DNA of 34,576 nucleotides, from assembly GCA_036786925.1 (NCBI GenBank), contig DAIQQI010000002.1:1-34576 (forward strand), given 5' to 3'. The DNA comes from Steroidobacteraceae bacterium (GTDB lineage Bacteria; Pseudomonadota; Gammaproteobacteria; Steroidobacterales; Steroidobacteraceae). The notes beneath the pieces were generated by a model. That model did no database searches. It saw only the letters and a list, made by a program, of their open reading frames with translations, and was not told the origin of the DNA. A program made the translations under genes and the position numbers. Shown one piece after another: positions 17,989-26,907 of this stretch (position 1 is its first letter; each line of letters begins with the position of its first letter).

Positions 17989-18528
17989 ATGGCGGCTGCG
18001 ATTCGGATTCGACGAGCAGAGGAAGATGACGCGCTGGAGCTTTCGGTGCTCGCCGAAAGTACCTTCAGGGCTGCATTTTCAAAGTTGAATACCACCGCAA
18101 ACATGCGGCTGCATTGCGCGGCGCACTACAGCCAAGCGCGGCAACTCGCAGAGATTCGTGACTCCGGTCGCGAGACTTGGATCGCCGAAGCCGACGGCAG
18201 AATGGTCGCGTACGTGCAGCTGCGGCACGATGCAACATCGCCGATGATCTCCGGCGAGCGACCGCTCGAGATCCAGAGGTTCTACGTGGATGCCTCGTAC
18301 CATGGGTCCGGCCTGGCTCAGCAACTCATGGCGCAGGTTCTTGCCCGGGCCGAGGCCGCCGGAGCGGCGTCGCTATGGCTCGGCGTGTGGGAACGAAACC
18401 CAAGGGCCGTGGCCTTCTATCGAAAATGGGAGTTCGACGTCGTGGGCGAGCACATCTTCAGGCTGGGTGAAGATCCCCAACGTGACCTGGTCATGCGTCG
18501 CGAAGTACAACAGACGGTGTTAGCGTGA
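17989..18528 (+). CDS. GNAT family N-acetyltransferase
   Basis: ORF 17986..18528 (TTG 17986 or ATG 17989). It has an acetyl-CoA binding motif of the Q/RxxGxG/A type (YHGSGLAQQLM) and the tail NPRAVAFYRKWEF. Confidence 0.8.
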   Translation: MAAAIRIRRAEEDDALELSVLAESTFRAAFSKLNTTANMRLHCAAHYSQARQLAEIRDSGRETWIAEADGRMVAYVQLRHDATSPMISGERPLEIQRFYVDASYHGSGLAQQLMAQVLARAEAAGAASLWLGVWERNPRAVAFYRKWEFDVVGEHIFRLGEDPQRDLVMRREVQQTVLA

Positions 18529-18564
18529 GTCGCGGTCCGCGGCTAGCGCAATGAATGGCGTCAG

Positions 18565-19092
18565 CTACCAATGTCCCGTTTGTGGTCCGCCTTTGACGGG
18601 ACCGACAATTTCATCCGTGACCCAGCCGCCGTAAAAACCACCCGGTTGAGGTCGCACACGTTCACCGTCGACGGTACATTCAACCAGCGCCGGGTAAAAA
18701 GAAAGCGCGCCGGCTAACATCGCAAACTCCGGCAGAGGCTTTTCATAGCTCCAACCCACCGCGCGGCGCGACTTGTCGCCAGCGAGCGCCCAGTAACCGG
18801 CCAGTCCCTTCCATTCGCACACCGAGGCGCCTGCGACGCGAACGAGCCTGGCCAGGTCGACATCAGCGACTGGAATATAGAACGTCGGCGCACTCGCAGT
18901 TTCCAGAACTCTGAATGCTGCAACGGTACTGGCAATCCGCACGTCGCCCGACCGCACCTCGACATGGCGTGAGTCCGGCACGATACGCGGCGGCCGGGGA
19001 TAGTCCCAGACCGACTCCTGCCCGGGCCCGGGCGCAATGGCAAAGTCCGGCCGCTTCTGGCCGTGGTGTTCCCATAAGGATTGGATATTCAT
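18565..19092 (-). CDS. DUF427 domain protein
   Basis: ORF 18565..19278. ATG 19092 is preferred. ESVWDYPRPP....S.R.V.V...G..IA.T......LET..AP.FYIP is typical of DUF427. Confidence 0.7.
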   Translation of the reverse strand: MNIQSLWEHHGQKRPDFAIAPGPGQESVWDYPRPPRIVPDSRHVEVRSGDVRIASTVAAFRVLETASAPTFYIPVADVDLARLVRVAGASVCEWKGLAGYWALAGDKSRRAVGWSYEKPLPEFAMLAGALSFYPALVECTVDGERVRPQPGGFYGGWVTDEIVGPVKGGPQTGHW

Positions 19093-19162
19093 CGAGCAGA
19101 CTCCATTTGCGGGACAACTACTATGTTGCAGATTCCGGGAGCGCGATAGTAACTTGGGCAGG

Positions 19163-19768
19163 ATGATGAAGTCCTTACCGCCGCCAGCTCCGCGCCGCCC
19201 GAAACGCCGGGATCCACCGGCATCCACCGACTCGCGTTCGCTCCGTGAGTTGTTGACTGGCGGCGATCGCCGTTCCATTGCCCGGTCAAACGCCGCACTG
19301 AAATTGCTGCGAGCGGACCGCAGTCGTGTCGCGGAACTCGTGAAGCTCGTCGGCGATCGCGACTGGCTCGTGGTGATGCGTGCCGCGGACTTGCTGGAAA
19401 AGCTGGCGCATGAGCGCCCGGCGTGGATACAGCGTTATCGGAGGCTGTTTATCGGGCCGCTGGCCGATCATGAATCCCGGGAGATTCGGCTGCAGATTGC
19501 GAGAACGCTGCCACTGCTGCGGTGGACTCCCGACGAGCGTCCGCAAGTGCTGCGGATCCTGCGTCGATACATCAACGATCCGCAGCTCTTCGTCAAGGCG
19601 TGGTCGCTGGACAGCCTGGCGCGCTTCGCCGAAAACGATCCTGGCATGACGTTAGTTGTCAGGCGCCTGCTGAGGAATTTCAAGCAGTCCGACCGGCCGG
19701 CACTGAGATCCCGCGCCGCCCGGATCCACGCGCGCCTGCGCAGCGCCGGGTCGAAGCGTCAAGGCTGA
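19163..19768 (+). CDS. Hypothetical protein with HEAT/ARM-like helical repeats
   Basis: ORF 19037..19768. ATG 19163 is preferred. It has a basic N-terminus followed by repeated amphipathic helices. The family is not recognised. Confidence 0.4.
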   Translation: MMKSLPPPAPRRPKRRDPPASTDSRSLRELLTGGDRRSIARSNAALKLLRADRSRVAELVKLVGDRDWLVVMRAADLLEKLAHERPAWIQRYRRLFIGPLADHESREIRLQIARTLPLLRWTPDERPQVLRILRRYINDPQLFVKAWSLDSLARFAENDPGMTLVVRRLLRNFKQSDRPALRSRAARIHARLRSAGSKRQG

Positions 19769-19796
19769 CGCCATTGCCTGGCCGCTTGCTGCCAGG

Positions 19797-21323
19797 TCAG
19801 GCGAGTTTTTCGAGTACCTCGAGCGAGACGCGCTCGGCGGACTCGAGCGCGCCTTCCATGCCGCGGCTGCCGATCGAGGTGTGCTCGCCGCAAAAATAAA
19901 GCTGCTTGTGCGGCTTGGCCATTTCATGCACGAAGGCAGTGACCTGGCCAGGTTGGAAAATCGCCCAGTCGCCGAGCGAGAAAGGATCGGCGCCCCAGGA
20001 CTGCACCGCCATCACGTCTAACAAACCTTTGGCTGCGGGCCGCATCTTCTCGAATTCCGCGACGATCTTCTTCTTGCCGCCCTCGAGACCGAGCTTGTCG
20101 ATGTCGATGGCTGCCTGGCCGCGACACCAGACAGCAAGGCTGGTGATTTCGTCGACTTCACCGAAGCGTTGCGCAAGGCACATGCCCATCGGGCCGTCGG
20201 TCCACATCGAGGCGCTGAGACCGTCGTCCTTCCAGAAGGGCTTCTTCGCGACGATATGAAACTGCGTGATCGGAATCGTACCTAACGTTGCGATCGCGGT
20301 TTTCTGGGCCGACGGCGGCGCAGGGTTGATGCGCACCTTGCGCAGCGTCGTATACGGCATTGACGACACCACGGCCTTGGCGCGCAGGCGCTTGCCGTCG
20401 GCGATTTGCACGACGGCGCCATCACCCGAGACATCGATGCCGGTCACACGCGTGCCCATCATCAGGCGTCCGGAAAGCTTGTTAGCCATCGCAATCGTCA
20501 GATTCTGATTGCCACCCTTGAACATGCCGACCACCAGTGGCGGCGGACCGCTCGGCGGTGCCGGAGGGCCTGCCGGCGGAGCGCCGGGCGCGCTCGGTCC
20601 GCCCGCGCTGCGCGAGAATGCCGACAGCGCGCCGCGATTCACCTGCTGCCAGTACTCGGCGAACATCACTGTCAGCAGCGAAACATCGCGCGAGGTGATG
20701 CCGTAGGCGATGTTAGCGTCGTAGCCGAGCTTGATCTGCGCGTCGCTCGCGCCCTGGCGCTTCAGGAAGTCATAAACCGAAATGTCCCACTCGGCATGTT
20801 TCGGGTCGGTCCAGTTCTCGATGTCCTTGAACGGGAAATTCTTGCGCAGCACGGCATCGCCCCAGGCCCAGGGCGGTAGTGCACGCTGTGCCTCGGCGAA
20901 CGGATTGTTCGGGTGACTGGGCCAGTCCTTGAGTGGCACGTGCTTGCCGTCGATATAGAGGCCCTGGGTCTCGCGATTGCTGAACAGGCGCTCAGTGAGG
21001 TTCACGACTTCAACGCCGTATTTCTGCCCGGCTGCGATCATGCGGCCATAGGCCGCGGCAATCGTGTTGCCGCCGGCTTCCGGGTGTCCGGGGATCTGCT
21101 TCAGCGTGTAGACGCGCCCGCCGACCCGCTGCCGGCCTTCGATGACGATGACCTTGAGGCCGTTTTCCTCGAGCGTCAGCGCGGTTTCAAGGCCCGAGAG
21201 ACCTGCGCCGATGACGATGACATCGGCATCCAGCGCGGACGCCGCACGGCCCACGCCGGGCAGGCTGCCGGCGGCGGCCAGGGCCGCGGACGAGGCGACA
21301 AATTTTCGGCGGGAGACGGTCAT
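19797..21323 (-). CDS. TAT-exported flavin-containing amine oxidase family protein
   Basis: ORF 19797..21380. ATG 21323 gives a twin-arginine signal (MTVSRRKFVASSAALAAAGSL). It has the FAD dinucleotide motif VIGAGLSGL...E.R.R.GGR and the C-terminal FCGEHTS. Confidence 0.8.
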   Translation of the reverse strand: MTVSRRKFVASSAALAAAGSLPGVGRAASALDADVIVIGAGLSGLETALTLEENGLKVIVIEGRQRVGGRVYTLKQIPGHPEAGGNTIAAAYGRMIAAGQKYGVEVVNLTERLFSNRETQGLYIDGKHVPLKDWPSHPNNPFAEAQRALPPWAWGDAVLRKNFPFKDIENWTDPKHAEWDISVYDFLKRQGASDAQIKLGYDANIAYGITSRDVSLLTVMFAEYWQQVNRGALSAFSRSAGGPSAPGAPPAGPPAPPSGPPPLVVGMFKGGNQNLTIAMANKLSGRLMMGTRVTGIDVSGDGAVVQIADGKRLRAKAVVSSMPYTTLRKVRINPAPPSAQKTAIATLGTIPITQFHIVAKKPFWKDDGLSASMWTDGPMGMCLAQRFGEVDEITSLAVWCRGQAAIDIDKLGLEGGKKKIVAEFEKMRPAAKGLLDVMAVQSWGADPFSLGDWAIFQPGQVTAFVHEMAKPHKQLYFCGEHTSIGSRGMEGALESAERVSLEVLEKLA

Positions 21324-21422
21324 GCGTGCGCTCCAGGTGGGTGTACTGCCGACGCTAGCGCGCCCGCCCGGCGGCTGCAACGTTTGTGGTGAGCAACGGG
21401 CGTCAGATGGCCAGCGGATGCA

Positions 21423-22418
21423 TCAACCAAACCTGCGGCCACCCTGCAGCAGCCGGCCTAACAACCAGACCAGCCCGGCGAGAATCGGCAGCGCGACAAA
21501 GTAGCCGCCCAGGATCCGAAACGGCAGGACGATGTCCCGAATTCCCCAGTTCGCATAAAACGCCACCAGCCCCACGGCGTAGGCCGCGACCAGCAACCAG
21601 TTGGTGCGGCGCCTGAGACCGAGACCCCAGGCCTGCGTCACCACAAAGATCCCCGCCAGGCCGAAGCCGAACAGATGCCACATGCCGTCAGTGTTCATCA
21701 TGGCGACGACGACGCCATGGATCATGACCAGCACCTCGAGGCTGACGGTCCACCAGCGGTTGGTATGCGCGCGGGTATACATGAGGCTGCCCTGCGCAAA
21801 CAGCAGGAACATGTACAGGAAACCTAACAAGTGCCCGGGCGTCGAGACCATCGGGTGGTACCAGAAAGTGTAGATGGTCGCCCAGGCGAAGTAATAGCCG
21901 TGGTAGCGCCGCGCGACATCGCCGGCTTCGAGCACGTAGCCGCCCCAGCGCTGACCTAGCAGAATGCCGCGGCGGCGGTTCTCGATCAGCAGCACGACCA
22001 GCAGCAGCACGATCACCGACCATTGCGCCGACCACTCCGACACGTCCTGTGCGAGGCCGTCGTAGAACAGGTGGGTCTGGACGAAATGCAGCAGGATGCC
22101 GCCGGCGGTGACCGCGAACGCCAGGTAGTTGAGCGGCTTGAGCCCGCTGGTGAAGCGCGTGCCCTGCGACTGCGCGCGCCAGATCAACCACCAGAAAGCG
22201 CATTGGTGCAGCAGGTAGCCGCCCCAGGCCGTGTAACGCGCCCAGTCGCTGGGTGTCGCCAGCATCCAGGGGTAGATGTGCGGCATGCCGGGCTGCTGCA
22301 TCTCGCGCACGAAATGCGCGAGCCTGTGATCCAGCAGCCAGATGGCGGCCGTGAACGCCAGGCTGGCGGCTAACAGGCCGAACAGCGCTTTGTTAGAGGA
22401 AATCGGTTCCGTGGTCAT
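21423..22418 (-). CDS. Hypothetical multi-pass membrane protein
   Basis: 331 aa with about 8 hydrophobic helices, rich in Trp and Tyr. I recognise no family. Confidence 0.5.
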   Translation of the reverse strand: MTTEPISSNKALFGLLAASLAFTAAIWLLDHRLAHFVREMQQPGMPHIYPWMLATPSDWARYTAWGGYLLHQCAFWWLIWRAQSQGTRFTSGLKPLNYLAFAVTAGGILLHFVQTHLFYDGLAQDVSEWSAQWSVIVLLLVVLLIENRRRGILLGQRWGGYVLEAGDVARRYHGYYFAWATIYTFWYHPMVSTPGHLLGFLYMFLLFAQGSLMYTRAHTNRWWTVSLEVLVMIHGVVVAMMNTDGMWHLFGFGLAGIFVVTQAWGLGLRRRTNWLLVAAYAVGLVAFYANWGIRDIVLPFRILGGYFVALPILAGLVWLLGRLLQGGRRFG

Positions 22419-22422
22419 GCGT

Positions 22423-23502
22423 CTAGGGCAGGCGGCAGCGCAGCAACTTGCGATCGGTGATCGAACCCATCAGCAGGGATTGATTGTAAACCGCGCCGAC
22501 CGCGGCGCCGGAAATCGCTGCGCCCATGTTCAGGTACACCTGCGCCAGGCGTGCAGCGCCGGTCGCGGCCGGGTCAAAGCGCAGGATCTGGCTTGGTGCA
22601 AGGTTATTTTCACTGATGAAATTGCGGACCAGCGCCAGCGACCGGGCATGCGCCGCGATCCAGACGCGGCCCCGTTCATCGACGTTGAGATTATCGGGCG
22701 CACTGCCGACCTCCAGCAGTTCCTCCAGGCTGAGATCGCCGCTCGCGGCGTTGCGCGAATAGATGCGAACGCGCTTGCCGGTCGTTTCGCTGACGTAGAT
22801 GCGCGTGCCATCGGGACTGGCGGCAATGCCCGCGGCTGACTGGAGCCCGGTGTCAGCCGCGCGCATCCGCGTGCCGTCAAAATAGGCGAGCGTCGAGAGG
22901 CCGCGGCGGAACGCCATTTCCTGCAAGCGCTGCCAGCCGTTGTCAGCGCCGGAATCGTTGGCGAGATAAAACTGATCCATCCCGACCGCGACAATGGCGT
23001 TAGGTTTCTTGATCAGCGGATCGCGCACCGTGCGTACCAGCGAAAATGCCCCGGTGGCCGACTGTTCAAAGATATGCACTTCCTGGCGCACGCTGCCACC
23101 GATTACCGGCGAGTGGCTGATTACAAACAGGCGCATCGTGCCGTCACCAGCGCGGTACAGCGACATGCCATGCGGACGGAAATCGGGCGGGTCGGCCATC
23201 AGCGCGGGGCGCGGGCGCGGCTCCGGTGCGTTCAGGTCGATAAGCATGACGGTGCCGAGCACCGGCTTGCCCTGGATCTGGCTGCGGCGGTCCAGGTACG
23301 AGAGGTAGGCGACGCTGTGCGCCCGGTCGATCTGGATGTCCTCGGCACTGGCTTGCATGGCCAGCGTCCGGCACTCGGGCAACGTGGTTACTGTTAGCTC
23401 ATGGAACTGGCCGCCATGGCGCAGCTGGTCGAATACGAAAATGCCAACAAGGGCAATCAGACCGAGTACAGTCCAGCCGAGTCGTTTAAGCCAGATTTTC
23501 AT
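22423..23502 (-). CDS. Paraoxonase/arylesterase (PON)-like six-bladed beta-propeller, membrane-anchored
   Basis: ORF 22423..23550. ATG 23502 gives an N-terminal TM anchor. By eye, blocks align with mammalian PON1: FRPHGMSLY / FNPHGISTF, LFVISH / LLVVNH, NAIVAVGMDQFYLAND / NDIVAVGPEHFYGTND, ASPDGTRIYVSE / ISPDGKYVYIAE, and the C-terminal LLMGS / LLIGT. Confidence 0.65.
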   Translation of the reverse strand: MKIWLKRLGWTVLGLIALVGIFVFDQLRHGGQFHELTVTTLPECRTLAMQASAEDIQIDRAHSVAYLSYLDRRSQIQGKPVLGTVMLIDLNAPEPRPRPALMADPPDFRPHGMSLYRAGDGTMRLFVISHSPVIGGSVRQEVHIFEQSATGAFSLVRTVRDPLIKKPNAIVAVGMDQFYLANDSGADNGWQRLQEMAFRRGLSTLAYFDGTRMRAADTGLQSAAGIAASPDGTRIYVSETTGKRVRIYSRNAASGDLSLEELLEVGSAPDNLNVDERGRVWIAAHARSLALVRNFISENNLAPSQILRFDPAATGAARLAQVYLNMGAAISGAAVGAVYNQSLLMGSITDRKLLRCRLP

Positions 23503-23615
23503 CGCGATCAGGTCCTTGTCTGCATTGCGGTGCCGCGGGGCGGCGCACATTGTAGCCCGCCGCGCGCAGTCGTTATTCTGCAGACTTACCGGTTGTCCTT
23601 TTGGCGGAGCAGCTT

Positions 23616-24548
23616 ATGTCGGATTCAATTTCGCGTCGCGGGGTGATAGTCGGTTCTGCCGCGGCAGGCCTGGCGGCGGCCGCAGCTTCAGCCGGCGCCA
23701 AGATACAACGCGGCACGCGTGTGCCGCTCGATCTCAGCAAACCCGCCGACAACGTCACCGCCTACCTCAAGATGCGCGCCAGCACCGTGACCCAGGACGT
23801 GTTCTTCTGGTTCACCGGGCGCCTCGATATTGCCGTGCCGGGTGAACCGGTGCGGCCCCTGATCAATGTCGAGAGCTGCATTTTACGCCGCACCGAGCTG
23901 GTCAGTCCCCTGCAATGGAATGTCATCGACTGGGAAGTGGCGCTGTACCGCAGTGCCGAGACCGGCGAGTATCTAACAGATGGCGATGAGATCCTGAATC
24001 CGCACACCGGCCGCAAGGTCAAGCCCCTTGCCTATCGCGAAGGCCCGGTCCGGTTTCGTTTCAGCGAGCAGGAGCCGCGCATCATCGGTTCTCGCGACGT
24101 GATGCCTAACACCGGCAAGCCCTTCAATTACCCCTGGCGCATCGTTGGCGATGACATCTGGATGACCAAGTCGAGCTACATCAAGGCGCCGAACTGGCTG
24201 GATCCGCGCGAGTGGCCGCTCGAATCATCCGGCAGAGATCTGATCGTCGCGACCCAGTCAACGCTGCGTTCGAAGTTGTCGGACATCGAAAACACCGCGG
24301 TCGCGAGCGCGCCCTGCGATTTCGCCTACACCGCCACCAGTTCCTGGCTTCCCTGGATGCAGATGGGGCCGACGCCGGGCTTCCTGGTGTGGGCGGAAGC
24401 GGGCAAGAAATTGTTTACGCTCGAACAAATAGCGCCCGCGCATCTGGCGCAGTTGCGCAAGGTGCATCCGTTGTGGTTCAACCGGCCCGAACCGTGGCCG
24501 GAATTCACCAACATGTACCTGCAGTACAAAGCGCGCAACGCGCGCTGA
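23616..24548 (+). CDS. DUF1838 family protein with TAT signal
   Basis: ORF 23601..24548. ATG 23616 has GGCGGAG upstream. It has a twin-arginine signal (SISRRGVIVGSAAAGLAAAAASAGA). The family call is from memory. Confidence 0.55.
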   Translation: MSDSISRRGVIVGSAAAGLAAAAASAGAKIQRGTRVPLDLSKPADNVTAYLKMRASTVTQDVFFWFTGRLDIAVPGEPVRPLINVESCILRRTELVSPLQWNVIDWEVALYRSAETGEYLTDGDEILNPHTGRKVKPLAYREGPVRFRFSEQEPRIIGSRDVMPNTGKPFNYPWRIVGDDIWMTKSSYIKAPNWLDPREWPLESSGRDLIVATQSTLRSKLSDIENTAVASAPCDFAYTATSSWLPWMQMGPTPGFLVWAEAGKKLFTLEQIAPAHLAQLRKVHPLWFNRPEPWPEFTNMYLQYKARNAR

Positions 24549-24554
24549 CGAACG

Positions 24555-25820
24555 TTACCTGGCGCGTGCGCCCGAGTCTTTCATGGATTCGAGACGCGCA
24601 AGGTCAACGCCATCGACGACGCCTTTGATTTGCTCGAAGCTGGCAGCGTCGCCCTCCGCCTTGACGATGAAGCGGTCGGCGACAAAGACCTCATACTCGC
24701 CACGCTTGTTGGCGCTGTCCCATTTCTCATGGAACCAGCGGTTGCCCGCGCGCTTGGTTCTCTCGAAGCCCTTGTCCGTTTCCGATTCCTGTTCACCCAT
24801 CGTGACCGCCGCGCCGGCTAACGCCAGGAAGCCGGACGCGCCGCCGGTGTCGACCACCGACAGCTCGATGCGGTTGCCGTCACCGGCATCGTAGCTTGCC
24901 TCGCCCTTGCCGATCTGCATGCCCATCGTCTCGTTGCGATTAACGGACATTGTGGTGCGCTTCATGCCGCCAATGCTCTCCGGCAGGAACGACTTGAGGT
25001 CGTCGGTCGGCAGCGCATCGTGAGGCACCGTGCCGGCCTTGCTGGCCAGCGCACCTAACGCCGCACTGACAGCAGCGGTGCCCACTGCGGCGGCGGCGGC
25101 GCCGGCGCGCGCCGCATCGGCGCTGGAGCCACCCGCGTTTGCGGCTGCTTCCGCTGCTTCAGTGGCACGTTCGGCCGCTGCAGTTGCCGCTTCAGCGGCC
25201 GCCTCGACCTGCGCGGATGCCCGGCCCGCCAGTGAGCGACCGGCGATCATCCCCGCGAGCGACGACGTGATTGAGCTGATGATGAACATCAGGACAATGG
25301 TCAGGATGATGACGACGGCGGTAAAGCCCGCGGCCTTGTCGGCCGGTATCTTCAGCGTGTGCTGGCAGCCGAGATAGAAGAGATAGACGGCGTAAACCAC
25401 GCCGGCAATCGCGATCAGCCAGCCGATGACCGGCACGATCGCCGCGATGGACGCGACCCAGGACGCGGTCCATGAATAGGCAACCGTCTTCAGTGCCTGC
25501 AGCGAATCCTTGCTGCCGCCAAAATTAGGCGCGAGCGTGGCGGCGAGCCAGGCACTGACGAACACCGCGGCGAACGTCAGGACAAAACTCAGGACCGCGG
25601 ACACCAGAAAGAAATTTGATCCGAAGCCAAAAGCGTTTGAAATCGAACCAAGAAATGCCCAGGCCAGCCAGCCGGCGAGCGCCGAGACGGCGGCTAACAA
25701 CAGCACGTGTCCCTGGTAGATGCTCGCCGCCGGCGCCGGGTCCGCAGCGATCGCAGGCCATTCGACCTTGGGCGTCAGCAGGATGTTCTTGATGCGCTCA
25801 ACGATTTTCGCGATATTCAT
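24555..25820 (-). CDS. Yip1-domain membrane protein with Ala-rich linker and C-terminal soluble domain
   Basis: ORF 24555..25907. ATG 25820 has AGGGGA upstream. It has an N-terminal Yip1/DUF1282-like region with about 5 TM helices, then a low-complexity Ala/Glu segment of about 60 aa, then an unassigned domain of about 170 aa. It is the last gene of the minus-strand operon. Confidence 0.6.
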   Translation of the reverse strand: MNIAKIVERIKNILLTPKVEWPAIAADPAPAASIYQGHVLLLAAVSALAGWLAWAFLGSISNAFGFGSNFFLVSAVLSFVLTFAAVFVSAWLAATLAPNFGGSKDSLQALKTVAYSWTASWVASIAAIVPVIGWLIAIAGVVYAVYLFYLGCQHTLKIPADKAAGFTAVVIILTIVLMFIISSITSSLAGMIAGRSLAGRASAQVEAAAEAATAAAERATEAAEAAANAGGSSADAARAGAAAAAVGTAAVSAALGALASKAGTVPHDALPTDDLKSFLPESIGGMKRTTMSVNRNETMGMQIGKGEASYDAGDGNRIELSVVDTGGASGFLALAGAAVTMGEQESETDKGFERTKRAGNRWFHEKWDSANKRGEYEVFVADRFIVKAEGDAASFEQIKGVVDGVDLARLESMKDSGARAR

Positions 25821-25845
25821 GAGAATCCCCTGTTTGTTATTTATT

Positions 25846-26907
25846 TCAGCGGCTGGCCGCCAGCCTGGCAGTTTCTTCCTGTATACGCTGTTCGAGCAGC
25901 TTTGCAAACGCGGGGTGCTCGGAAACCCCCTTTTCCTGGAACCGGTACTTGAGACCTAACAAATCTTGCTTGAGCTTGGCCTGCAGGCCGAAACTCGCGA
26001 TCACCGCAGGCACGACCAGGACATCGTAACCGCGTGCCTGGGCGTCGGTGATCATCTTGCGCAGCTTGCGGACATTGGCTGCGCGGATCGGCTTGAACGC
26101 GTCATCCTGCAGGTTGATCGCCTGCACCTCGGCAAAGCCGCCCTGGGCTTTCACTTTCACTGCGTGCGCATTGAGAAAGGCGAGATCGGGCACGTTGTCT
26201 TCGTAGTCCTCGGGACCATGCGCAACGATCATCACCGCTTCGCGTGCCGGATTTTTCGACAGCTCCCGCGCGTGATCCAGCAGCATCTGCGTAAACAGCG
26301 GGCTGTCATCAAACGTATGCGCCATGACCAGCTTGAGCTTGGTCCTGACCTTGGGCACCGACAGATACTCCGCCGCGGTGGGCCAGCCGAAGATGTACTC
26401 CCACTGGCGATAAATCGTGTTGTATTTCGAGACCAGCGGCGGCACGAGAATGATGGTCTTCGCGCCGGCCTTGGTCAGGTCGTCGACCGCCGACTGCAGC
26501 GGCTCCGAATGCGTCATCGCCATGCCGATACCGATGCTGGTCGGATACTTCGCGCCGATGGGCTCTACGGCGCGCTTGAAGATGCGGTCGCCGGTTTCGC
26601 CAACGCCGTGGGTCAGCACCAGCACGCCGACATTGCCGCGCAGTTGCGGGGCGCTGACGTTCCACTGGTAGTCCGGCCCCATGCCGCCCATGCTCATGTG
26701 AATTTCCATGTCGGTCATGGCGCGGTACTGAGGAATTGCCTTCTTGAGCGCGGCGATCAGTTCCGGCGTCATGTCGGCGTGGCTGTGCGCCATGATCATC
26801 TTGCGGCCGTCAGGCGTGCTGCCGCCGGCCGGCGGCGCGGGTGCGGCGCCTGCGGTTGCGGTCATCAACAGCACGATAGCTAACAAAAAAATCGTTACAG
26901 TCTTCAC
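25846..26907 (-). CDS. Signal-peptide-bearing double CbiX/CbiK-like (class II chelatase fold) protein
   Basis: 353 aa with a GTG start at 26907, overlapping the ATPase stop (GTGA). The signal peptide is MKTVTIFLLAIVLLMTATAGA. It has two chelatase-like halves, each with a beta-strand-HG motif (VLVLTHGVGE and VMIVAHGPED). Confidence 0.5.
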   Translation of the reverse strand: MKTVTIFLLAIVLLMTATAGAAPAPPAGGSTPDGRKMIMAHSHADMTPELIAALKKAIPQYRAMTDMEIHMSMGGMGPDYQWNVSAPQLRGNVGVLVLTHGVGETGDRIFKRAVEPIGAKYPTSIGIGMAMTHSEPLQSAVDDLTKAGAKTIILVPPLVSKYNTIYRQWEYIFGWPTAAEYLSVPKVRTKLKLVMAHTFDDSPLFTQMLLDHARELSKNPAREAVMIVAHGPEDYEDNVPDLAFLNAHAVKVKAQGGFAEVQAINLQDDAFKPIRAANVRKLRKMITDAQARGYDVLVVPAVIASFGLQAKLKQDLLGLKYRFQEKGVSEHPAFAKLLEQRIQEETARLAASR

